Below are positions 29,054-39,035 of a stretch of DNA of 64,000 nt, one piece after another. Origin of the DNA: Candidatus Aenigmatarchaeota archaeon. GTDB lineage: Archaea > Aenigmatarchaeota > Aenigmatarchaeia > CG10238-14 > SpSt-28. The notes under the pieces are model-generated. The model did not search any database and had not been told where the DNA came from. It saw only the letters and a program-made list of their open reading frames with translations. Positions within the stretch are counted from its first letter, which is position 1. The number at the start of each line of letters is the position of its first letter. A program made the position numbers and the translations under genes. The stretch spans positions 128,001 through 192,000 of the forward strand of contig JAWBAK010000001.1 in NCBI GenBank assembly GCA_038997165.1. The letters are read 5' to 3'.

Positions 29054-31723
29054 ATGATTATTGAATTTCGAGAAAATTGTTTAAAATCTAAGGAAATTAT
29101 TGAAAAGTTATTTGAAAAAATAAAATTACTTAAAGATAGTGAAAAATTATTTGCCGAAAAACTTATTAATAACAAGAAATTAATTGAAATGACATGTCTA
29201 ATAAATGATCCAGATGTTGCCATTGAAGTAGTTAAAATTACTAGTAGATATCCAGAAATGGGTGAAGAAATTTTTGATGATTTATATGGAATTGCTGATT
29301 TGCTTTGGATGATTAAGGAAGAAGAGATTATTCCTGAAAAGGTTGAAATTAAAGATATTGTTTTTGAAATAGCTGAAACTATAAAAAATTATAAAGAAGA
29401 AGTTGCCTTTAAAATTTCTAATTGGTTGATATCTACTACTCACGAAGTTTTTGAATCTTATGATAAAATAAATAATATAGAGATTATTAAGAAGATATGT
29501 GAAGCTTTAAGAGATAAAGAGGTGATCCAAACAATTGGAAAATTTGAAGAAGAGATTGGTAGAGGAATTGTTCATGAGTTAAGTAGAATCGAATATATAT
29601 TTGAAAAATATTTTTCAAAAAGAGATAAAAATTTTGAGGATATTAAAAATATCATTATTGAAGCAGTTAAAACTATTAGAAAATATAAAGGAAAAGCTGC
29701 TATAGCAGTTGCTTATGAAATAATTGATACTACAATAGTAACAGAAGATATAAATTTTGGTAAAACAATGTGTGAAATTTTTAGAAATGATGAAATTGTT
29801 AGTATTGTTGAAAAATATGAAGAAAAATTTTCTAAATCATCTTTATTTAAAGAAGAAATTAGTGAAAGAATTGTTCACGAATTAGGTAGAGCTGCCTTTT
29901 TATTAGAAGAACATTTATTTGAAGAAAAAGACATTAAAGATTTTATTGTTGAATTTGCTAAAATTATTGGAAAGAGGAAAGGAAAAATTGCTGCAGAAAC
30001 TGCTGAAATAATTACTAAAGGTATAAAAGAAATTATTAAAGAAACTGATGATATAAATATTGTTAGAATAATAGCCGAGGCTTTAGGAGATGATGAAATT
30101 ATTAATATTTTTATAAAAAGGATTCCAAGAGATGATGAAATAATTAATATTTTTACAAAAGATGATAAAACTTTTTTCTTTTATATTAGAGACCTTGATA
30201 AAGAAATTAAAAAAATTATTAGATATTTATTAAAAAATAAAGATATTATTACTAGAGCTATTAAAAATCTTGGAATAGATGAAAATGAGTATGTTGAAAA
30301 AATTATTAAATTATTAAGTAAAAATTATGAACAACTTAAATCTATTGAAAAAAACAAAATTATTAAAAAATATGAAAAGTCATCTGATAAAGATAAAATT
30401 ATTCATATACTAAATGACATAGAAGAAAAAATCGAAAGAAATTTTAGAGAAAGAAGTGATGTTGTTTTGGAAGCATTTAGAACTATTGGAACTTATGATG
30501 GAGAATTAGGTATAAATATTGGGGAATGGATGATTGAAGAAATTCAATGTGCCCGCAGAAAAAGAGATTTAAACATACTTAAACAGATGTGTAAAATCTT
30601 AAGAGAAGATGAAGTAATTGAAATTATTAAAAAATATGAATGGAAAATTGCAAAGAATTTTATTAATTTAGTATATAGAACTTTCTATGAACTAAAAAAT
30701 AAGGATAAACCATTTAGAATGATAAAAATGTTGAAAAACGGTGGAATTGATGCACTTAAATATATAATTTCCCATCCACGATATAACATTATTCTTCCTA
30801 AAGAAATAGATCAAAATATTTATGAAATAATAAAAGAAAATTTAGATGGACTAGTTACAGATAGAAATAGTTTTTTGGCTGTTCTTATTTATTTTCTTTC
30901 AAATAAAAAATTACCCAAACCAAATGAAAATAATATAAAAGAATATGAAAATATTGCTTCAGAAGAAATTAAAAATATGTATAAAATAAATAAAAATTTG
31001 AATTTAAATCAAATGCTTGTTTTCTTTTCATTAGATAAAAGTATTGTTATTAATACTGGCTTTCTAGAATATTCCCCACATGAAGATAAAACTATATACA
31101 TGGATAAAAATGCTATTATTAAAAGAATTATAGAGTTAGTTAATAATTCTGAGGAGATTGATCCAAAGTTTTATACCCTTTCAGAAAATAGTATGAAAGC
31201 AGTTGAAAGTAAAAATCCCTTAGACTATGATGATAGAGTTCTAATTTTAAATCTATTAACTGATGTTTATCTTCCAGGAGGATTTAAGATTAAAAGGGGT
31301 ATACTTAGATACTGTGAAGATGAGAATATAATTCTAGTAGGATATAAAATAGATGGTCAAACATTAGGAAGTGCAATTTGTTTTTATGATAAAGAGAATA
31401 AAATATTTTTAGTAGATTCTATAGAAGGTCATGAAGAGTTTAGAAAGGAAGAAATATTTGAAATCGTTTATAATGATTTAAAAGCAAGAGCAAACAAAAG
31501 AGGAGCTCAAAAAATTGTATTTAATACTTTAAATATTTCTGATGTAAATGAACTTGATAAAACACCTAGAATGTTCAATGAATATTTAAAGAATAAAAAG
31601 AAATTAGAAGAAAAAGAAATTGAAATAAATATAAATACAAAGGCGTATTTAAGAAGTACTGAAAGTGATATATGGAATGTTAGAAAGAAAGTAAAAGGAT
31701 ATGTTATCAATTTAAATAATTAA
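29054..31723 (+). CDS. Hypothetical 889-aa helical-repeat protein with a possible C-terminal GNAT-like domain
   Basis: Recurring roughly 85-95-aa units (K.CE.LR..E.I..I.KY...IVHEL.R); C-terminus LVGYKIDG..LGSAICF...FLVDSIEG. Confidence 0.65.
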   Translation: MIIEFRENCLKSKEIIEKLFEKIKLLKDSEKLFAEKLINNKKLIEMTCLINDPDVAIEVVKITSRYPEMGEEIFDDLYGIADLLWMIKEEEIIPEKVEIKDIVFEIAETIKNYKEEVAFKISNWLISTTHEVFESYDKINNIEIIKKICEALRDKEVIQTIGKFEEEIGRGIVHELSRIEYIFEKYFSKRDKNFEDIKNIIIEAVKTIRKYKGKAAIAVAYEIIDTTIVTEDINFGKTMCEIFRNDEIVSIVEKYEEKFSKSSLFKEEISERIVHELGRAAFLLEEHLFEEKDIKDFIVEFAKIIGKRKGKIAAETAEIITKGIKEIIKETDDINIVRIIAEALGDDEIINIFIKRIPRDDEIINIFTKDDKTFFFYIRDLDKEIKKIIRYLLKNKDIITRAIKNLGIDENEYVEKIIKLLSKNYEQLKSIEKNKIIKKYEKSSDKDKIIHILNDIEEKIERNFRERSDVVLEAFRTIGTYDGELGINIGEWMIEEIQCARRKRDLNILKQMCKILREDEVIEIIKKYEWKIAKNFINLVYRTFYELKNKDKPFRMIKMLKNGGIDALKYIISHPRYNIILPKEIDQNIYEIIKENLDGLVTDRNSFLAVLIYFLSNKKLPKPNENNIKEYENIASEEIKNMYKINKNLNLNQMLVFFSLDKSIVINTGFLEYSPHEDKTIYMDKNAIIKRIIELVNNSEEIDPKFYTLSENSMKAVESKNPLDYDDRVLILNLLTDVYLPGGFKIKRGILRYCEDENIILVGYKIDGQTLGSAICFYDKENKIFLVDSIEGHEEFRKEEIFEIVYNDLKARANKRGAQKIVFNTLNISDVNELDKTPRMFNEYLKNKKKLEEKEIEININTKAYLRSTESDIWNVRKKVKGYVINLNN

Positions 31724-31810
31724 GTAAGATTTATAAATTTTAAATACTAATTAAAGGATTTGAAGATTCTATCTTAAAAATTTATGATAAACTCTTTAAA
31801 AATAACATAA

Positions 31811-31896
31811 GGGCCGGTAGCTTAGCGGAAAAGCGCCGCCTTCGCATTTTAAAAAGAAAAAGGCGGAGACCCCGGGTTCAAATCCCGGCCGGTCCA
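31811..31896 (+). tRNA. tRNA-Ala(CGC) with a 14-nt intron at 37/38 (31847-31860)
   Basis: Acceptor GGGCCGG/CCGGTCC-A with G3.U70, anticodon stem CCGCC/GGCGG, TT-CGC-A, CCGGG-TTCAAAT-CCCGG. Confidence 0.92.
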
Positions 31897-31955
31897 GTTT
31901 AATTTATTTTACTATATTTTACTATTTATTAAAATTATTAAAAAACAAAAAAATT

Positions 31956-32534
31956 ATGAATAAAAAATATGTTGTTGAAATGACAAAAAACTTATATTCT
32001 AATTCTAGCTCTTTTTGTATAATAATTCTAACTGGTGGTTATGGATATATACCTCGAAATATAGAAAGAATAATGGTTGCTAAAAAATTAAATAAAATAT
32101 TAAATAAGTATGGAATTAAACCGCTTAATATTATTAGTGGTGGCTATACAACAAAAAGAAATTTAAGCGAAGCAGAAAGTATTTCTCCATATTTTGAAAG
32201 AAATAATATAAAAGTTTTAAAAGAAGAGTTTTCTTTTGATACTTATACTAATTTTTATTGGTTAAAATTTATTATTGAAAAAGTAAAACCACAACCAAAA
32301 AGATTGTTTTTTGTTACATCTGATTTTGCTTATCCTAGAGTATATAGAATTGCTAAAGAATTTAATTTTAAAAATTCGAATTTTGTAATACCCCAAATTT
32401 CATATTCTATTGTAAAAAAATTATTATATTTAACTTCTAGTGCTCCAATTTATTTACTTTGGAAAATAACAAAAAATAATGTTTTTGCATATGAAAAAAT
32501 CAGTAGAAAAATTTTAAGAAGAATTCCAAAATAA
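31956..32534 (+). CDS. YdcF/DUF218 (ElyC/SanA-like) protein
   Basis: IILTGG, ER, IISGG, SEAE, EE.S.DTYTN, VTSDF...R. Confidence 0.8.
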   Translation: MNKKYVVEMTKNLYSNSSSFCIIILTGGYGYIPRNIERIMVAKKLNKILNKYGIKPLNIISGGYTTKRNLSEAESISPYFERNNIKVLKEEFSFDTYTNFYWLKFIIEKVKPQPKRLFFVTSDFAYPRVYRIAKEFNFKNSNFVIPQISYSIVKKLLYLTSSAPIYLLWKITKNNVFAYEKISRKILRRIPK

Positions 32535-32614
32535 CATTTTATTCCGATTAAATAATTAATTTTTATTGTTTAAATTTAAAATATTAAAAAAATTTATATC
32601 ACTACATAGAAACG

Positions 32615-32628
32615 AAAAGTATTTATAT
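32615..32628 (+). promoter_or_regulatory. BRE-TATA promoter (cgAAAAGTATTTATAT)
   Basis: TTTATA 27 nt upstream of ATG 32649; matches 29018-29031. Confidence 0.55.
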
Positions 32629-32648
32629 TTTTCCCTAATTTATTTTTT

Positions 32649-33347
32649 ATGTTTAAAAAGATTATTGAAAAGATAAAAAAATATCCAGGAGAAATAACTA
32701 TGGGAACTGGATTAGTTGGAACAGGAATACTGATTGGTAGTTTATCACCCTTTTTATTACCCATTTCTATTTCTTTGGCTGCTATAGGTGGATCATTAAC
32801 TGCTTATATAGCTCATCAACATAAAAAAGCTTATGAAGAATTCAAAAAAGCAGAATTTTTTAAAGAAAAAACTTTGGAAAACGAAAATAGAATAAAAGAA
32901 CTTGAACCAGCATTGTTTGTAATAGATAATAATCAAAAATATGAAAGTGTAAATGCACTTTTAAAAGATATTGAATTTGGAAGTGAAAAAATATTAGAAA
33001 AAATTAAATTGGCTTATATAAATGGAAAAATAGATGAAAACATAAGTAGAATTTTAACAAAGTATAGTGGTTCAGATGTATATGAAGAATATGGAAGAAG
33101 AAAAAATTGGGAAAGAATATCAGAAGAAATAAAAACTGCATTAATAAATAGATATGAAAACCTTCTTAAACAATTAGAAAAAGAATATAAAGGAAGAAAA
33201 AAATATGCCGATAAAAATGAAAAATTAGAAGAAATTAAAAATAAAATAGATGAAATAAAAAATGAAATAAAAAGAATAAAAGATTATAAATCGTATATAA
33301 GATATGTAGTAATTGAAAAAGAAAAAGAATGTTGTAAATGTTGCTAA
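32649..33347 (+). CDS. Hypothetical protein: Gly-rich TM hairpin, coiled coil, C-terminal CCKCC
   Basis: GTGLVGTGILIG...AAIGGSL hydrophobic pair; ends ECCKCC. Confidence 0.7.
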   Translation: MFKKIIEKIKKYPGEITMGTGLVGTGILIGSLSPFLLPISISLAAIGGSLTAYIAHQHKKAYEEFKKAEFFKEKTLENENRIKELEPALFVIDNNQKYESVNALLKDIEFGSEKILEKIKLAYINGKIDENISRILTKYSGSDVYEEYGRRKNWERISEEIKTALINRYENLLKQLEKEYKGRKKYADKNEKLEEIKNKIDEIKNEIKRIKDYKSYIRYVVIEKEKECCKCC

Positions 33348-33418
33348 CTATTTAACAAAAAATTAAAATTAAAAAGTTAATTTTTTTCTCATTTAAAAAG
33401 TAAATTTTTTATGTTGTT

Positions 33419-33838
33419 ATGAAAAAAAATATTAGTTTTTTTGTTAAAATTGAAAAATTAAAAGAAGCTAGAAAAAGAGAAAAAGCAAGTGAAAAAGAGA
33501 TATTTGAAATATTGAAAGATGCTTATAGTAAAAAAATTGTTTTTAAATCTCAAGATAAACTTCTAAAATATTTAAAAGAAAAAGTTGGTAATAAAAATTT
33601 ACCATCTAAAGAAAAAATTAGAAAAATTATAATTAAAGTAGGTTATAAAATTAAATATTTTACAAAAAAAGTTGATAAAGAATTAAATAAATGTCCTATA
33701 TGTTTTTCTCCATTATTTGAAAAATATTCGATAAATTTAAAAAATGAAAAAGTTATTGAATATTATTATTGCAAATTTTGTAATTTTAAAACAAAAGATA
33801 AAAGAGATTTGCCAATAAAACTTAAATTTATTCTGTAG
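33419..33838 (+). CDS. Hypothetical protein with a C-terminal Zn ribbon
   Basis: CPIC...CKFC. Confidence 0.65.
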   Translation: MKKNISFFVKIEKLKEARKREKASEKEIFEILKDAYSKKIVFKSQDKLLKYLKEKVGNKNLPSKEKIRKIIIKVGYKIKYFTKKVDKELNKCPICFSPLFEKYSINLKNEKVIEYYYCKFCNFKTKDKRDLPIKLKFIL

Positions 33839-34574
33839 CTCTTGGAGCTACAACAAAGTCTAATATCATTTTATCAGTTTCTTTAAATGTTAACTTAATT
33901 GGATAATCTGTTGCCCATTGAATTATTACTGTATCTGCAACTTTTGCTACTTTACTCATTGCAACTAAATAATCTAATGGATATCTTGCTCTACTATTTT
34001 CTTCTACCTGTAAATCAAATAAAATGTCTTGACCTCTCTCGATTTCTATATCTAAAGAACTTAACTCACCAATAGCATAAAATCTTATTTTATTTCCATT
34101 CGTAGATATTTCTATTTCATCAGCAATCTGTTTTGCATCATCTAAAATTCTTTTAAAACCTTCACTAGCTATTTCCGCTCTTGCTTTAAATGTTAAAGCA
34201 TCTATATTTGGTAACTCTTCTTCTGTTAAAGTCAATATTGGCATAGTAAACTTTCTTTTTGCAGAATTTTCGAAAGAAATTACTAGTTTACCTGCTTCGT
34301 CATACATTACTAATTTATCTTTTTTTGTTCCTCTTTTTAAAATTGTTTTTAATTCATCTAAATTTACTCCTATAGATTCTTTTTCAACCTCAAATTCTTC
34401 AAAAGCTATTGGTAATATATTAAGTCTTATTACTGAAATTAAAGCTTTGTCTGCAGCGGTAAATATTAAACCTTTATCTTTTTCAAATTTTATTACACCT
34501 TCTTCTACTAACTTACTTATACTATCAAAAACATCTTTAAACATTGTTGTTTCGTATGTTGATACTCTGAACAT
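33828..34574 (-). CDS. pcn: DNA polymerase sliding clamp PCNA
   Basis: ISKLVEEG, GVNLDELKTILKR, ARYPLDYL, DYPIKL, VAPR; start set at MFRV. Confidence 0.95.
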   Translation of the reverse strand: MFRVSTYETTMFKDVFDSISKLVEEGVIKFEKDKGLIFTAADKALISVIRLNILPIAFEEFEVEKESIGVNLDELKTILKRGTKKDKLVMYDEAGKLVISFENSAKRKFTMPILTLTEEELPNIDALTFKARAEIASEGFKRILDDAKQIADEIEISTNGNKIRFYAIGELSSLDIEIERGQDILFDLQVEENSRARYPLDYLVAMSKVAKVADTVIIQWATDYPIKLTFKETDKMILDFVVAPRATE

Positions 34575-34590
34575 AAAAATAATATTTAAT

Positions 34591-34872
34591 TTAAATATAA
34601 AGGTTTTTATACTTAAAGAAAATTTCATTTACTTTTTTGAATTTTTCAAAATCAATTTTCTGAACTATATCAACTATAAAATCTTCTTTATCTTTTGTAA
34701 AAAAAATTCTTACAAAATCATTTTTATTTACTTTAAATATAGAAAGAAAAAAAATATTACAGTCTTCTATTTTAAAACCTTCATCTCTAACCTCAATTAT
34801 TTTAGAATAAGTAAAATATTTTCCATCTTTTAATTCTTTCGAAATTTCCTTAGGATCAATATATTTATACAT
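34591..34872 (-). CDS. Hypothetical protein
   Basis: 93-aa ORF co-oriented between tfs and pcn. Confidence 0.55.
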   Translation of the reverse strand: MYKYIDPKEISKELKDGKYFTYSKIIEVRDEGFKIEDCNIFFLSIFKVNKNDFVRIFFTKDKEDFIVDIVQKIDFEKFKKVNEIFFKYKNLYI

Positions 34873-34910
34873 AAATTTTTATTAACAGAAACAATTTTAA
34901 ATTATTCATA

Positions 34911-35237
34911 TTATTCATATCCCCTCCAAGAATAATTACATTTTGTACATATATAAAACACTGTTGGTGGCTCATCAGCACTTCTCATTTGTTGCATATA
35001 ATAATATGCTTCTTCATTACCACATTTCGGACAAATAACTTTTGTTTTTGGTAAATTTTTTTCTGACTCTTTTTTAGTAATTAAAATTGCTTCCTCGCTT
35101 TCCTTCTTTACTTTAGTTGTTATTTTTATATCATCTTCAAAAGAATAGTTTTTATCGCATTTTTTACAATAAAAAACTATTCCTTTTTTTGTTCTTTTTG
35201 GTATTAATATACTTCCACATTTTGGACATGTCCTCAT
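34911..35237 (-). CDS. tfs: Transcription factor S (TFS/RpoM)
   Basis: Two Zn ribbons; QMRSADEPPTVFYIC. Confidence 0.93.
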   Translation of the reverse strand: MRTCPKCGSILIPKRTKKGIVFYCKKCDKNYSFEDDIKITTKVKKESEEAILITKKESEKNLPKTKVICPKCGNEEAYYYMQQMRSADEPPTVFYICTKCNYSWRGYE

Positions 35238-35309
35238 TATATATAAGAAGCATTACCTTTTTATATTTTTTTATAAGAATAAATAAGAGTATTTGAAAAT
35301 AAATTATTT

Positions 35310-35756
35310 ATGAAAGGAATATCTCCATTAATTGCTACAATAATTTTAATAGCCTTAACAATTGCTATTGCTGGGATATTAGGTTTATGGGCAGCAAGTT
35401 ATGTTGGTACCCAAACCACTCAAATTAATAAATCTTCAGAGGAAATTATTACAATAGAATGTTCTGCAATGAAATTTGAAGTTATTTCGTGTACAAAAAA
35501 TAATGATCAAGTTAGAATAATACTTTTAAACAATGGACCAATAGTCATTAATGGTTTAAAAATAAATTTTATCGAAAAAGATGAAAATGGAAATATTATA
35601 GATGTTGCTTCACAAGATCTTAATGAAAAAATTAATAGAGGAGATTATAAAGCAATTACTCAAGAAGTTCCTTCTAATTTTCAAAACAAAAATTTTACTT
35701 TAGAAATTAGAAGCATTCAATGCCCAGATGTAAAAAGAGAAATTATATGTAGATAA
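35310..35756 (+). CDS. Archaeal type IV pilin
   Basis: Class III signal peptide MKG|ISPLIATIILIALTIAIAG. Confidence 0.9.
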   Translation: MKGISPLIATIILIALTIAIAGILGLWAASYVGTQTTQINKSSEEIITIECSAMKFEVISCTKNNDQVRIILLNNGPIVINGLKINFIEKDENGNIIDVASQDLNEKINRGDYKAITQEVPSNFQNKNFTLEIRSIQCPDVKREIICR

Positions 35757-36563
35757 TTAAATCGAAATTGAAAAAACTATATAACCAATTAACATGAGAA
35801 TTATTGAATATCTTAATCCTGGAATTATGCTTCCTTCGCTCATTTTTCCTATTAACATACCACTAAAGAAACTCTGAATTAAAATTAAATGTATTAAAAT
35901 TTCTTTAATTTCTTGAATATTTATTGCAAGTTGCTGAGATTGTTGAACTGCTGGAAGTAAAAATTTTATTAAAATTATCATTATTATTAAAAACATGAAA
36001 TAAATCATAAAACCATTTATTTTTGTTGGTGCTGCTATCATTTCTCTTTCTCTTCTTACTTTTTCTGTTTCTATAATACTTCTTATAACCGCTTCTATTG
36101 TTGTATTTACATCTCCACCTGCTTTTAAAGCTTCTCCAATAGTTATACTAATTTTTTTGATTAATTTAGATTCACTTCTTCTAGCTAAATTATTCAAAGC
36201 TTTATCAAAAGGTATTCCAAGTTTTACTTCAGAATACATTTTTTTAATTAGAGGTGAAAGGGATTTATAATCAAAATCTTTTAAATTTTCCAATGAGGAT
36301 ATTATATTTCTTCCACTTCTAATATTTTCTGCTAAATCTCTTAAAAAAATTGAAAAGAAAAATTCCATTTCCTTTCTTTTCCTATGTTTTTCATTAAAGA
36401 TCAAAAATATGTTTATTAATGGAATAAAAATTGCTAAAACATTTAAAGAAATTTGAATAACTATATTTTTGAATATTTTAGAGAGAAGAAAATTGTTTAG
36501 AAAAAATATAAATATTCCTAAAAAAATTAATATAAGTATTATTAAAATTTCTTCAAACTTCAT
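35757..36563 (-). CDS. Type IV pilus platform membrane protein (TadC/FlaJ/GspF-like)
   Basis: FLRDLAENIRSG, LGIPFDKAL, KAGG, GKMSEGSI..G. Confidence 0.88.
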   Translation of the reverse strand: MKFEEILIILILIFLGIFIFFLNNFLLSKIFKNIVIQISLNVLAIFIPLINIFLIFNEKHRKRKEMEFFFSIFLRDLAENIRSGRNIISSLENLKDFDYKSLSPLIKKMYSEVKLGIPFDKALNNLARRSESKLIKKISITIGEALKAGGDVNTTIEAVIRSIIETEKVRREREMIAAPTKINGFMIYFMFLIIMIILIKFLLPAVQQSQQLAINIQEIKEILIHLILIQSFFSGMLIGKMSEGSIIPGLRYSIILMLIGYIVFSISI

Positions 36564-37417
36564 ATTTCAACTTCAATGCCCTTTATTATTATTAAAAAAA
36601 TTATGTTTAAAAATGGTAATATTATATATGAAAAAATTTTTAACAAATCTGTTAAAGAAATAAAACCAATGTTTGCTTGAATTGCCGCCATAACAACAAT
36701 TATAGAAACTAGAAGAAGTGGTGCAGAAATTACTAAACCTACATATATTTCACTTATTGTACCTAATTTTTGTAAAAAATCTTCTCTCTTTATTTTCCAA
36801 TCAAACATTAGATAATCATAAGTTATTTTTAAATAATTTTTCAAATCCCCACCACTTTCAATTATAGATGCTATATTATTTAAAAATTTCTGAAATAATA
36901 AAGAACAAGAAGTTGAAGCAACTCCTCTTATTGCAGAAATAAAATCTTCCCCATAAACTTCTACTCTAGTAATTATTTCTTTAAATTCTTTAGAAATTGC
37001 TCCATACTCATCTTCAAATTTGGAAATTATTTTAAAAATTAGATAAGGATTAATATTACTTTCAGCTAAAGAAATCATGTGAGAAACTAATGGTATAAAA
37101 TTTGACTCTATTTGAAATTTATATGAACTCTCGTTTTGAAGTACATTAAAATAGAATGTTAAAAATGTAATAATAGGCAAAATAAATGGAAATAAAAATT
37201 TTAATATTAACAAATTGGTAGGAAAAGAAATAGGTATAAAAAGAAATATTATACCTATTATTAAAGATAAGAAAACAAAGAAAAAAATCCTAGCTAAATA
37301 AACAGAATATAATGTTTTTGATCTTGTAGCTATTAAAGCTTTTCTTATTCTTAAAAAAAATGGAAATTTTTTTGTTCTTTCTACTAACCAAGAAAATAGT
37401 TGATATTCAAAACTCAT
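36560..37417 (-). CDS. Type IV pilus platform membrane protein (TadC/FlaJ/GspF-like)
   Basis: YGAISKEF, G.DFISA, IESGGDLKNYL, SEIYV. Confidence 0.88.
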   Translation of the reverse strand: MSFEYQLFSWLVERTKKFPFFLRIRKALIATRSKTLYSVYLARIFFFVFLSLIIGIIFLFIPISFPTNLLILKFLFPFILPIITFLTFYFNVLQNESSYKFQIESNFIPLVSHMISLAESNINPYLIFKIISKFEDEYGAISKEFKEIITRVEVYGEDFISAIRGVASTSCSLLFQKFLNNIASIIESGGDLKNYLKITYDYLMFDWKIKREDFLQKLGTISEIYVGLVISAPLLLVSIIVVMAAIQANIGFISLTDLLKIFSYIILPFLNIIFLIIIKGIEVEI

Positions 37418-37423
37418 AAATAA

Positions 37424-39028
37424 TTAACTTTCGATTACAAAAATATAGCCTAATTTTTTAGCAAGTAAATTTTCCTTTAATTTTAAGATTATTTTTTTTG
37501 CTTCTTCGTATTCTATTTTTTCTTCAATGATTTTCATTAAAGACTTTTTATCCTTATAATATAATTTTATAACTTCTGCAACTTCTTCATAAGTTCTTCT
37601 TCCATTTTTAAGAAGCCACTCTAAAACTTTTTTTCTATCCTCTATTTCTTTTTTTGCACTTTCCAAAGATAATCCAAACTTTTCACATATCTTTGAAATT
37701 AATATACTTTCATTTATTCTTTCTAAAATATCTTCAAAGGGATTCCATCTAAATACAATATTTTGCATTATATTTCCTTTCTCATCAAGACCAACAATTT
37801 CTACTATTTCTTGAACTCTTCTTGCAAATTCTCCCTTTTCTCTTGCTCTTCTCATCACTATTATTAGATCTAATGCTTCTAATAAACTTACCGGTAATTC
37901 TATTGGTGGAGAAATTAGTCTTTTTACTAGCGATGTTACATCTTCTGCATGAAATGTTGATGCGCTTGCATGTCCAGAAGCCATACCTTGAAACATTACA
38001 TAAACCTCTTTTCCTCTCGTTTCTCCAACAATAACATAATCTGGATTCATTCTAAAACTTTCTCTTAATAAATCAAATAAATTTACCTCTCCATATTTTG
38101 ATCCTGTAGGTAAAGGTAAACCAAAACCAGTTCTAGTAACCAAAGGGACCCAATGTTCATGCATAAATCTTAATTCCCTAGTATCTTCTATGCTAACTAT
38201 TTTTGCTTCTGGTTTAATAAAAATTCCAAGGCTGTTTAATAAGCTTGTCTTTCCACTTCCTACTCCACCAATAATTAAAAAAGAAATTTTATGTTCGATC
38301 AAAAACCAAAGATAAGCTAAAGCTTCTATGTTTATCGTTTTTAATTCTACTAATTCGATTGGAGAGAAAGGTTTTTCAGTAAATTTTCTTATAGTAAAAG
38401 AAGGTCCTCTTTGAGAAACTTCTTCACTAAATGTTGCACTAACTCTAGAACCATCTGGTAAAGAACCTTCTAATATTGGTTCTGCATAAGATACATGCCT
38501 TCCACATCTTTGTGCTAATTTTATAATAAATTCTTTTAATTCATCAACATCATTAAAAATTATATTAGTTCTTATATTTCCAAAATATCTATGTGTTACA
38601 TAAATTGGAATATTTATTCCACTACAGCTTATATCTTCAATATATGGATCACTCATTAAAGGTTCTATTTTACCTAATCCTATAAAATCCCTAGAAATAT
38701 AATAACAAAATTTTAATAAAATTTCGCTATCAATTTTAATTTTTAATATCTTTAAAACTTTTTTAATTGCATCTTCCAATAACTTATTTAATTTTTCTCT
38801 ATCTTTAATAGCTATTATATTAACATCTAAATATTCTAGTATAAGTTCTTTTATCTTTTCCAAATGTTTTTTTTCGCTATCACTTAATTGTGGTTCGACT
38901 ACTTCATAAACTATTGATTTTAAATTTTTATCGTAAAAAATATGAGCATATGCAAAAGATTTTATTAATTCATAAGAAATATTTAGATCTTCTAATTTTT
39001 CTGGAATTCTTATTTCCTTTTCATTCAT
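37424..39028 (-). CDS. Type II/IV secretion (pilus assembly) ATPase, FlaI/TadA-like
   Basis: DPYIEDISC, FTIRKF, GGVGSGKT, SIEDTRE, RMNPDYVIVGETRG, SGH..TFHA. Confidence 0.94.
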   Translation of the reverse strand: MNEKEIRIPEKLEDLNISYELIKSFAYAHIFYDKNLKSIVYEVVEPQLSDSEKKHLEKIKELILEYLDVNIIAIKDREKLNKLLEDAIKKVLKILKIKIDSEILLKFCYYISRDFIGLGKIEPLMSDPYIEDISCSGINIPIYVTHRYFGNIRTNIIFNDVDELKEFIIKLAQRCGRHVSYAEPILEGSLPDGSRVSATFSEEVSQRGPSFTIRKFTEKPFSPIELVELKTINIEALAYLWFLIEHKISFLIIGGVGSGKTSLLNSLGIFIKPEAKIVSIEDTRELRFMHEHWVPLVTRTGFGLPLPTGSKYGEVNLFDLLRESFRMNPDYVIVGETRGKEVYVMFQGMASGHASASTFHAEDVTSLVKRLISPPIELPVSLLEALDLIIVMRRAREKGEFARRVQEIVEIVGLDEKGNIMQNIVFRWNPFEDILERINESILISKICEKFGLSLESAKKEIEDRKKVLEWLLKNGRRTYEEVAEVIKLYYKDKKSLMKIIEEKIEYEEAKKIILKLKENLLAKKLGYIFVIES

Positions 39029-39035
39029 AAAATTA

